A stretch of DNA of 32,000 bases from Copranaerobaculum intestinale (GTDB lineage Bacteria; Bacillota_I; Bacilli_A; Erysipelotrichales; Erysipelotrichaceae), in NCBI RefSeq assembly GCF_009831105.1, contig NZ_WUUQ01000002.1, positions 540,001 through 572,000 of the forward strand, written 5' to 3'. The notes beneath the pieces are model-generated. The model worked only from the letters and a program-made list of their open reading frames with translations. It was not told the origin of the DNA and made no database searches. Within the stretch, counting starts at the first letter, position 1. Every line of letters begins with the position of its first letter. Shown here in pieces: positions 19,502-26,989 of the stretch. A program made the translations under genes and the position numbers.

Positions 19502-20734
19502 TTAATGCCATTCCTTCTGCAGCCGGCGGCTGATCCATTTTACTCCGATATTCAGCAGGAAGACAAAGATCAATAAGATAATTGAAATTGCCGATGCCAG
19601 CTCGAAATTTGGCTGTTCTCCGCTCATGATCGACCAGATGTGCACGGCCATTGATGTACCTTGGGTGAGCAGTGTCGGAGCATCGCTGATAAAGGTTCCC
19701 ATCGTATAAATGAGGGCAGCGGATTCACCAATCACCCGGCCAATGCTTAAGAGCACGCCAGACAGAATGCCCGGCACCGCACATGGTAATATGATCTTGA
19801 ATATTGTCTGAGATTGATTGGCACCCAACGCCAGAGATGCATCCCGCAGATTCTGCGGTACGACCAAAAGCGCTTCTTCGGTCGCACGGATAATGGTCGG
19901 CAGCAGTATGATCGACATCGTAATGCCGCCCAGCAATACGTTGGTCGTGGTAGCGCCAAATGCCTTGGTAATCGGGAACAGCACGGTAACGCCCATCAGT
20001 CCGTAAATAATGCTCGGTACTCCGGTCAGCATCTCAATGCCGGTACGGATCAGCTGATTGACACGATTTTTTGTCGCATACTCATTCAAATAGATGGCTG
20101 CCGCAATGCCAATCGGCAGTGCAATCAGCAACGATACCAGAATCAGATATCCAGTTGCGATAATCGAACCTCGGATCCCTCCGCCGGCAGTTTTGACATA
20201 TGCGGATGTCAACGTTTCAGCCGTTTGATCGAGATTCTTTACCACAGTTTCAGCATTTTCCGACAAAATTGTGCCAGTGATGCCAGCCGTACCGTTTTGA
20301 TCCTCAAAGTCGATTTTTTCAAGTCGCATGCCAACCTGTAAATTCAGTTCTTTCCCCTTATTCTGTCCTGCACTCCCATCCACGACTGATGCAAATGGTG
20401 ATTTCGGATCAATATATTCGATCAGCACCTGTTTTTCTTTTTCATGGGAAACATGATCCACCAGCGCAATTCCCCATCTCCTTGAGAAATAGGCCTCATG
20501 ACTTAAATCATCCGGTTTTTCATATTGGGAAGCAGTATTGTGATCTGCTGAGCTCTCAACTATATAATTTTTCGACCAGTAATCATTTTTTAATAAATCC
20601 CAATTAATCAGCGAAGAACCTTTTGAAAAGGTAAAGACAAAGACCGATAATAGAATCAGCTCACAGAGCAGGCTGGCAAGATAGGTAATGCCGTTTAAGG
20701 CCATATCGCTCTTTCTGATATTGCATTTCTTCAT
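19502..20734 (-). CDS. pstA: Phosphate ABC transporter permease PstA, with a large insertion in extracytoplasmic loop 1
   Basis: The canonical PstA core starts at about residue 182 (AGGGIRGSIIATG...) and includes the EAA-type motif ASLALGANQSQTIFKIILP. At 410 aa it is much longer than the ~295 aa of E. coli and B. subtilis PstA. See findings. Confidence 0.85.
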   Translation of the reverse strand: MKKCNIRKSDMALNGITYLASLLCELILLSVFVFTFSKGSSLINWDLLKNDYWSKNYIVESSADHNTASQYEKPDDLSHEAYFSRRWGIALVDHVSHEKEKQVLIEYIDPKSPFASVVDGSAGQNKGKELNLQVGMRLEKIDFEDQNGTAGITGTILSENAETVVKNLDQTAETLTSAYVKTAGGGIRGSIIATGYLILVSLLIALPIGIAAAIYLNEYATKNRVNQLIRTGIEMLTGVPSIIYGLMGVTVLFPITKAFGATTTNVLLGGITMSIILLPTIIRATEEALLVVPQNLRDASLALGANQSQTIFKIILPCAVPGILSGVLLSIGRVIGESAALIYTMGTFISDAPTLLTQGTSMAVHIWSIMSGEQPNFELASAISIILLIFVFLLNIGVKWISRRLQKEWH

Positions 20735-21663
20735 CCGGACACCTTCCCTATCTTTTTACGAATTGCATTCAGCAGCAGATTGGACAGCAGAATAACCACC
20801 ATCAGCACGATGCCTACGGAAAAGCGGATATCATAATCCAGCCCGGTTGTTTCCTTCAAACCGGACAGCATGGTACTGGTCAGCGTGCGGGTGATATCAA
20901 ATGGATGAAAGGTCGGACCGAACATTTTATTGCCGGCAACCATCGCAACTGCTGTCGCTTCACCAAAAGCCCGTCCGATCCCCAGAATTGCTCCGGCAAA
21001 GATACCGGATTTCGCGCTGGTCAAAACCACCTTGAAGCGCGTTTGGGTCGGCGTAGCCCCAAGAGCCAGCGATCCCAGCTCAAGATCTCGATCAACCGCC
21101 TGAATGGCTGCTATAGATAAAGAGGTTATCGTCGGTGTGATCATAATTGCCAATAACAGAATGACCGCCAGCTGTGAACTTCCTCCAGCCGTTGATAAAC
21201 CAAGACCAGCTGCCATATTCATGACCAGCTTGGTGATGACACCGGCTGCGAATACACCGTATACCACAGAAGGAATCGATGCCAGCAGTTCAATGATCGT
21301 CGTCATGAATGATGCAATCGGTTTCGGTGCAATCTTTGCGATGAACAGTGCGCTCAGCACGGATATCGGAAATGCCAGCAGCAATGCCCCAAACGATGTC
21401 AGCAGCGTATTGATAACAATATAACCGACTCCATATACACCTTGATCCTGACGCCACTGAGTTCCAAACATAAATCGAACCAGTGATACATCACCGTTAA
21501 GAAACGGCGTGATACCCTTTTGTGTTATAAAAATGACAATGATCGCAATCGCTGAGGCCGAGACCAGCGCTGCGGTAAAAAACAGTGCCTTCAATATTTT
21601 ATCCCGGCGTATTTTATGTCGATTCCTTTTTTGATTTCGATATGACTTTACATTTGTTCTCAC
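20731..21663 (-). CDS. pstC: Phosphate ABC transporter permease PstC
   Basis: It has six TM helices and the EAA motif GSLALGATPTQTRFKVVLTSAKSG. It starts at a GTG preceded by AGGTGA and overlaps pstA by 4 nt. Confidence 0.85.
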   Translation of the reverse strand: MRTNVKSYRNQKRNRHKIRRDKILKALFFTAALVSASAIAIIVIFITQKGITPFLNGDVSLVRFMFGTQWRQDQGVYGVGYIVINTLLTSFGALLLAFPISVLSALFIAKIAPKPIASFMTTIIELLASIPSVVYGVFAAGVITKLVMNMAAGLGLSTAGGSSQLAVILLLAIMITPTITSLSIAAIQAVDRDLELGSLALGATPTQTRFKVVLTSAKSGIFAGAILGIGRAFGEATAVAMVAGNKMFGPTFHPFDITRTLTSTMLSGLKETTGLDYDIRFSVGIVLMVVILLSNLLLNAIRKKIGKVSG

Positions 21664-21690
21664 TTCATCACCTGTTTTCTATAAATTCAA

Positions 21691-21712
21691 CAACAGCTCA
21701 TATGAGCTGCTG
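21691..21712 (-). other. Intercistronic stem-loop between pstS and pstC
   Basis: The minus-sense RNA reads CAGCAGCTCA-TA-TGAGCTGTTG, which pairs over 9-10 bp with one G-U. A U-rich but interrupted tract (TTGAATTTAT) follows. Confidence 0.5.
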
Positions 21713-21733
21713 TTTTTTTGTATGGCTTTGCTG

Positions 21734-22660
21734 CTACTTCACATCTTTCCAGTTTTTGATTTCACCGGTAAAGATTTGTTTGATCTGCTTTGCATTCAGT
21801 GAGGTAACCGCTGTATTCTGATTGCTGATGATCGCTACTACCGCATCGATACAGTACTGTCCGCTCATCATCGCATTCGCTGTATTTTCTTCACCCTCAA
21901 ATGCTCTTGAGGCAAAGCCGATATCCGCTTTATTCGGTCCATCCTTCTCAGCTCCCAATACCCGCTTGTAGCCATCGCTGGAACCGGATTGATTCATAGC
22001 GAATTTATAATTGCCGGCCATCGGTGAGAATGCTTCCAAAGCTCCCTTTAAGGTTTTCTCTACCGAAGTGGAGCCCGCCGTTTGAATCGTGATCGCACTG
22101 TTGTCCTGATCGACAATCGGATGATTCTTTTTCAATTCAGCCCACGGCTTGCCCTTGGATTTATCAACGATACCGCCATTTTTCTCAACTACCAGCATCC
22201 CTTCCGTGGAATTTTGCATATAGTCTAAGAAAGCCGCTACCAGCTGCTCCTTAGCATCACTTCCGAAATCACCCTTGGCACGGGTTACAAATTCAAATGG
22301 ACGCTGCAGCTTGTAAGTATTATCCAATACTGTATCCTGACTTGGCTTTACTCCATCATAGGCAAGCGGTGTAACCTTGTTTGCTTCAAAATCCGTCGAT
22401 AATGAAACATAACCGATTCCATATTTGTCAGTACCTACCTTTGTAGCCATATCTCCGTTGGAATCCACAGTAACTGCCTTTTTCGTCAGTTTTCCCTCAA
22501 AATCATTTCCCTTTTCGAATGCTTCTCGAGTACCGCTTGATGCATCACGGGAGTAAATTTGGATCTTCCCTTCAAAATCCTTACTGCCGGTTTCTTTTCC
22601 ATCATTGACACCACACCCGACTAAGAGCAGCGCCATTGCTGCGACAAGCAACTTTTTCAT
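21734..22660 (-). CDS. pstS: Phosphate-binding lipoprotein PstS (PBP_like_2 type), apparently circularly permuted
   Basis: It has a lipoprotein signal peptide with a lipobox (LLLVGC). The PstS motifs SSGT, GIGYVSL, AGSTSV, SGSSDG, DIGFASR and IFTGEIKNWKDV are all present but in non-canonical order (see findings). A AAGGAGG SD lies upstream. Confidence 0.85.
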   Translation of the reverse strand: MKKLLVAAMALLLVGCGVNDGKETGSKDFEGKIQIYSRDASSGTREAFEKGNDFEGKLTKKAVTVDSNGDMATKVGTDKYGIGYVSLSTDFEANKVTPLAYDGVKPSQDTVLDNTYKLQRPFEFVTRAKGDFGSDAKEQLVAAFLDYMQNSTEGMLVVEKNGGIVDKSKGKPWAELKKNHPIVDQDNSAITIQTAGSTSVEKTLKGALEAFSPMAGNYKFAMNQSGSSDGYKRVLGAEKDGPNKADIGFASRAFEGEENTANAMMSGQYCIDAVVAIISNQNTAVTSLNAKQIKQIFTGEIKNWKDVK

Positions 22661-22700
22661 AATCTTTCCTCCTTGATTACGGGCATATCATATCGTTGTT

Positions 22701-22742
22701 TTATTACTAAAAAATGAATGTTCTGTTAAATTCCTGTTAAAT
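22701..22742 (-). promoter_or_regulatory. Candidate Pho box and promoter of the pst operon
   Basis: The 9-bp direct repeat CTGTTAAAT occurs at 22723-22731 and 22734-22742. On the pstS-sense strand this reads TTAACA-N5-TTAACA-N5-TTCATT with 11-bp phasing, which matches the B. subtilis PhoP consensus TT(A/T/C)ACA. The proximal TTAACA lies 17 nt from a TAATAA -10 candidate (22706-22701). Confidence 0.5.
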
Positions 22743-22936
22743 CTAACCTTTATTATTTCCCTTTTAGGAAGTTTTATCAGGAAAAGCTTTTTTCGATTCA
22801 AAAAAACGGCTTCATGCAGATACTCCAAGATTAACTGTAACTTTTTCATAAATCATTCCGGATCCGCAGACATTCATTGATTTTGTCACGTTTCTTCATA
22901 GATAATATCACGGATAAATAAAGGGGTAATACATAC

Positions 22937-24100
22937 ATGAATGATAAAAACAAACGACTGGCCTTATCGCTGGTAGAAAATAAATTATTCAGCAATCCAA
23001 CACTGACGTATGCACAGATCGAAAAGCGGACAGGATATTCACGCAGACAGCTGCTCCGCTTTGCCAAAAATTTAAAAATATCCGATAAGGAAACCATGCT
23101 GCGCCACGGCAATACCGGGAAACGTCCGGCGGCTTCAGCGACAACAGATGAAATACGTTTTCTGAATGAATTTAAAAAGCTGCATCCCCAGACAACCATT
23201 GCAGAGTTCAAAGCAATCTATGAAAAAGAAGTGATTGAGAATCCCGCCTATGCGAAAGAGGTTCGCAAATATCATCTTAAATCACGCAGCTACTCTTTCT
23301 TTCAGCGTTTTTATCAGGATTATCATCACCAATCTCCAGTCGTAAGCAGTAGGAATGAGGAAATGAAAAGGGTTCTCTTCAATGAAGGGAAGGAGTATGG
23401 AAGTTGTGTCTGTATATCTTCAATGCTGTATACCTGGATTCATACTGATCAAGTATGCTGTCTGCATCTATTGTATGATGAAGTCACCAATTCCTTGTTA
23501 TGCGGCTGCTTTTCACTCCATGAGGAGGAAAACTGTTATCTGTCCTTGCTGAAACAGCTATTGGTACAGTATGGGATTCCGGAAAATCTAATTTTTATAG
23601 TCGCGGAAACATCAATCTGTAATAACCTTTGTGGTAAGCTGAAGCGTATCTGCAAACGCCTTGGAATGGAGCTGCTGATGAATCCAATTGATCATCGCAG
23701 CAACAAGGTCTTTGAACAGGTTGCCTGGCTTATAAAAAAGAATCCGCTGTATCTCGTAAATTCATCTTATGAGGAAATCAATCGCTATTTCAATGAAGCG
23801 TTCATTCCAGTTTATAATCGCTGCTATGCCCGTCCTACCCTGGCTGACAACGGCTTTGTACCGCTTCCTGATAATGTGGAACGCCCCTATCTGATCATGA
23901 AGTTTCTGCGTAAAACTGACCATCAGGGCAGATTATCCTTTCACAGTCAGCTCTACGAGCTTTATGATGAATACGGCAGTAATGTGAACCTGATCGATAC
24001 CGAAATTGTCTTACAGGAGGATATATTTAAAAATACCTTACGTGTCTACTATGGTAAACAGAAGCTGTATCCGGTTCTCTGCATGACCGTAACCCAATAA
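22937..24100 (+). CDS. Transposase-like protein (N-terminal HTH plus a degenerate integrase/DDE-like core), possibly domesticated or decaying
   Basis: The N-terminal HTH (TYAQIEKRTGYSRRQLLRFAK) is followed by HGNTGKRP. The pattern LHLLYDEVTN...YLSLLKQLLVQYGIPENLIF resembles the ISNCY-type transposases I recall (GELWQxDAS...LHxxIDDATG...YGIPxxxYSDRHTIF). See findings for the apparent catalytic-residue substitutions. Confidence 0.45.
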   Translation: MNDKNKRLALSLVENKLFSNPTLTYAQIEKRTGYSRRQLLRFAKNLKISDKETMLRHGNTGKRPAASATTDEIRFLNEFKKLHPQTTIAEFKAIYEKEVIENPAYAKEVRKYHLKSRSYSFFQRFYQDYHHQSPVVSSRNEEMKRVLFNEGKEYGSCVCISSMLYTWIHTDQVCCLHLLYDEVTNSLLCGCFSLHEEENCYLSLLKQLLVQYGIPENLIFIVAETSICNNLCGKLKRICKRLGMELLMNPIDHRSNKVFEQVAWLIKKNPLYLVNSSYEEINRYFNEAFIPVYNRCYARPTLADNGFVPLPDNVERPYLIMKFLRKTDHQGRLSFHSQLYELYDEYGSNVNLIDTEIVLQEDIFKNTLRVYYGKQKLYPVLCMTVTQ

Positions 24101-24123
24101 AAAAGACAGGTTATCACCTGTCA
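24098..24123 (-). terminator. Rho-independent terminator of phoR
   Basis: The minus strand reads GACAGGT-GATA-ACCTGTC followed by TTTTTT. The hairpin includes the phoR stop, and the T-run overlaps the stop codon of the convergent transposase-like gene. Confidence 0.7.
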
Positions 24124-25347
24124 AATGCATTTCAATTTAATATGAAAAGCGGTTCCTTGATTAACTTTGCTTTCTACCTGAATGGTTGCGCCATGGGCTT
24201 CAACAATGGATTTCACGATTGCTAAGCCAAGCCCTGAGCCACCGGTATGACGGGAACGGTCGCTGTCGACTCGATAAAAACGCTCGAAGATCCGATCAAG
24301 CTGTTGATCACTCATGCCGACGCCTTCATCCTGGATCGTTACAATGACATAATCATCATCACCCCGGGTACGAACCGTAATGGTACCGTGATCACTGTAT
24401 TTAATCGCATTAGATAATAGATTTACAAGAATCTGAGAAAATTTCTGCGGATCCAAGAAGATTTGTCCACACCAGCCAAAATCCGTCTTAAGTACCAGTT
24501 TTTTCTCCTGCGCCAGCGGTTCCATAGTTTTCACGGCGGTATTCAACAGTTCTTCCAACAATACATGATGCCGGTCAAGAATCGGATCACTGATAGACAT
24601 GCGGGATAATTCCAGCATATCCTTGACAATCAGATCCAACCGCATGATTTCTTTTTCAATCTGCTCCAGAAAATCTTTCTGTACCGCGTCATCATTAAAA
24701 TCATCACGATTCAAAATTTCGACCATGCCGCGGATCGCTGCGATCGGCGTTTTTAATTCATGCGAAGCATCCGCAATAAAACGCTTCTGCATCTTTTCCC
24801 CAAGCAATGTCCGTGTAATATCCTGTATCAGAATCAGACAGCCGCTGAATCTGTCGTGTGACAGGATCGGCACACTGACTAATTCATAATCCCGCTCACG
24901 AATCCGTTTCTGTTTGTTTAGTTCCTTCTCAAAAATAAACGCATCTTTCAAAAACTCCTGGATGGTCTTATCAAAGCCATTCTTCAAATATGTCATTCCT
25001 TTGATATCCGTTAAAGAACCAAAGGTTTCCATACGAGTATTATATAGGACGATCTTGCCAAACTGATCAAGCATCAGAATCGGATACGGCAGTGCCTGAA
25101 CCATGGTCAGCAGCTGTTTCTTCTTCATTTTGGCATCATTGGTAGTCGATCGGATCTGATTCATGAGATCCTGGCTTTCCTTTCGTCCTTCTTTTTCGAT
25201 TTTCGTTTCACTGAAAAACCAGATGGCTCCGCAGCCAATCACCAATATGGTGATTAAAACATAATCATTGATTGCAAAATACGCCTGTAAGGAAATGCCG
25301 CAGATCCAGGCAGCCAGCAGCAGTAATACTTTTGTTTCGGTTTTCAA
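24121..25347 (-). CDS. phoR: Phosphate-regulon sensor histidine kinase
   Basis: It has two N-terminal TM helices, a PAS-like segment, the H-box FIADASHELKTPI, and N, G1 and G2 boxes (LLSNAIKYS, DEGVGM, GGSGLGLAI). The symbol is assigned from context (pst, phoU and phoP adjacent). Confidence 0.8.
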   Translation of the reverse strand: MKTETKVLLLLAAWICGISLQAYFAINDYVLITILVIGCGAIWFFSETKIEKEGRKESQDLMNQIRSTTNDAKMKKKQLLTMVQALPYPILMLDQFGKIVLYNTRMETFGSLTDIKGMTYLKNGFDKTIQEFLKDAFIFEKELNKQKRIRERDYELVSVPILSHDRFSGCLILIQDITRTLLGEKMQKRFIADASHELKTPIAAIRGMVEILNRDDFNDDAVQKDFLEQIEKEIMRLDLIVKDMLELSRMSISDPILDRHHVLLEELLNTAVKTMEPLAQEKKLVLKTDFGWCGQIFLDPQKFSQILVNLLSNAIKYSDHGTITVRTRGDDDYVIVTIQDEGVGMSDQQLDRIFERFYRVDSDRSRHTGGSGLGLAIVKSIVEAHGATIQVESKVNQGTAFHIKLKCI

Positions 25348-26018
25348 TCATTCACCTCCAGTATGTAGCCTACTCCCCGTGATGAGCGTATGGCCACATC
25401 CGCCTTGCTGAGTTTGCTGCGGAGCTTAAAAATATGCACATCGACGATACGAGTATCCCCATCATAATCAAATCCCCATATATCGTTTAAAATCTGATCT
25501 CGGGACAGTACGATCCCTTGATTGCGAACCAGATATTCCAATAGATCAAATTCCTTTTTCGTACAGGTCAGCACTTCCTTATTCACGGTAATTTCCCGGC
25601 GCCGTAAAGAAATATGCACCTTCCCGGCATCTAAGCCATCCGCTTCCCGTTTGCCTAAACGCTTTACGTGTGCCTGGATACGCGCCAAAAGCTCCCGCGG
25701 TGAAAATGGTTTCGTGATATAATCATCAACCCCGGCATCAAAAGCCCGCAAAATATCGCTCTCATCATCGCGTGCTGTCAGCATGATCATAATGCTGTCA
25801 ATCCCGGCACTGCGAAATTTCTGCACCAGCGTAATGCCATCCATTCCCGGCAGCATCCAATCGATGATCATCACATCGAAATGCTCCTGCATGCCTGACC
25901 GCAGCGCTTCCTCACCGTCTCTGCACTCTACGATTTCATAATCGGCACGCAATAGATCATAAGCGATGATCTTGCGAATATTTTCTTCATCCTCAATTAA
26001 TAAAATTCTTACTGACAT
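25344..26018 (-). CDS. phoP: OmpR-family response regulator of the phosphate regulon
   Basis: It has a receiver domain (ILLIEDE, IIDWMLPGMDG, KPF) and a winged-helix output domain (LTCTKKEFDLLEYL...RGVGY). It overlaps phoR by 4 nt and phoH by 10 nt. Confidence 0.8.
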   Translation of the reverse strand: MSVRILLIEDEENIRKIIAYDLLRADYEIVECRDGEEALRSGMQEHFDVMIIDWMLPGMDGITLVQKFRSAGIDSIMIMLTARDDESDILRAFDAGVDDYITKPFSPRELLARIQAHVKRLGKREADGLDAGKVHISLRRREITVNKEVLTCTKKEFDLLEYLVRNQGIVLSRDQILNDIWGFDYDGDTRIVDVHIFKLRSKLSKADVAIRSSRGVGYILEVND

Positions 26019-26980
26019 TCATTTTCCCTGCTTTCATAACGTTCAATGATTTTTTGTACCAAGGGGTTGCGCACCACATCAAGCGAAGTCAATTCCGCAA
26101 ACGCTATGCCCTTGATTCCTTCCAAGATCGTTTTGGCGTCCATGAGTCCGCTGTCCTTTTTCTTGATTAAATCAATTTGTGTAATATCACCGGTTATTAC
26201 AATCTTGGATTGAAAACCCATTCGGGTTAAAAACATCTTCATTTGGGCACGGGTCGTATTCTGTGCTTCATCCAAGATGATAAAAGCATTATCCAGCGTA
26301 CGTCCTCTCATATATGCAAGCGGTGCAATCTCAATCACTTCTTTTTCGATCAGCCGCTCTACCCCTTCATTACCCAATACATCGTTGAGGGCATCATACA
26401 GCGGTCGTAAATACGGATCAACCTTCTCCTTTAAATCACCGGGAAGAAAACCTAAATTCTCACCGGCTTCCACTGCCGGCCGGGTCAGAATGATTTTTGA
26501 TATTTCCCCTTTTTTCAATAGGGTTGCCGCATAGACCACCGCCAAGTATGTCTTGCCGGTACCGGCAACACCGGTCGCAAATACAATTGGTTCTTTTTCC
26601 ATACAGCTGCACAGATAACGCTGACCCATGGTTTTGGGATAAATCAGCTTACCGCTCATCGTTCTTCCGACTGCCTTTTGATAAGTCGTGCAGAGCCGGT
26701 CTAACTGTCCGCGCATCGCGAGGGTTGCACAGTAGATGACATCGCGTTCATTTACAGCAATATCATGGCGCAGCATATCACAAAGCGCCCGAATGGTTTC
26801 CTGTATCTGTTTCCCCACCTCATTAGATGTTCCAATTACAATCAGTTCACCGTCACGCAGTGTTATCTCACATGCAAACAGATCTCTTAAAATCTGCAAG
26901 TAAGCATCGTTGGTGCCGCAAATCTGATGCAGCTCATCCATGCTGATATCTCCTAATTCAAAATGATATTTTTCACTCAT
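26009..26980 (-). CDS. phoH: PhoH-family ATPase
   Basis: It has Walker A (GVAGTGKTYLAV), Walker B (IILDEAQN) and the motif ITGDITQIDL. At 323 aa it matches B. subtilis PhoH/YlaK-like proteins. Confidence 0.9.
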   Translation of the reverse strand: MSEKYHFELGDISMDELHQICGTNDAYLQILRDLFACEITLRDGELIVIGTSNEVGKQIQETIRALCDMLRHDIAVNERDVIYCATLAMRGQLDRLCTTYQKAVGRTMSGKLIYPKTMGQRYLCSCMEKEPIVFATGVAGTGKTYLAVVYAATLLKKGEISKIILTRPAVEAGENLGFLPGDLKEKVDPYLRPLYDALNDVLGNEGVERLIEKEVIEIAPLAYMRGRTLDNAFIILDEAQNTTRAQMKMFLTRMGFQSKIVITGDITQIDLIKKKDSGLMDAKTILEGIKGIAFAELTSLDVVRNPLVQKIIERYESRENECQ

Positions 26981-26989
26981 GCAGTACTC

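Noticed and set aside
22782-22791. A perfect 10-bp palindrome AAAAGCTTTT in the pstS / transposase-like intergenic region.
   Set aside because: It is short and AT-rich, contains a HindIII site, occurs once and has no partner site. It is most likely chance.
22846-23211. A 121-aa minus-strand ORF overlapping the 5' end of the transposase-like gene.
   Set aside because: It has no recognisable motifs. It overlaps the better-supported plus-strand ORF and the shared promoter region, so it is probably spurious.
22800-24130. Terminal inverted repeats or target-site duplication flanking the transposase-like gene.
   Set aside because: By eye I found no matching inverted sequences at the two flanks. 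The right flank is occupied by the phoR terminator. A computed IR search is needed for certainty.
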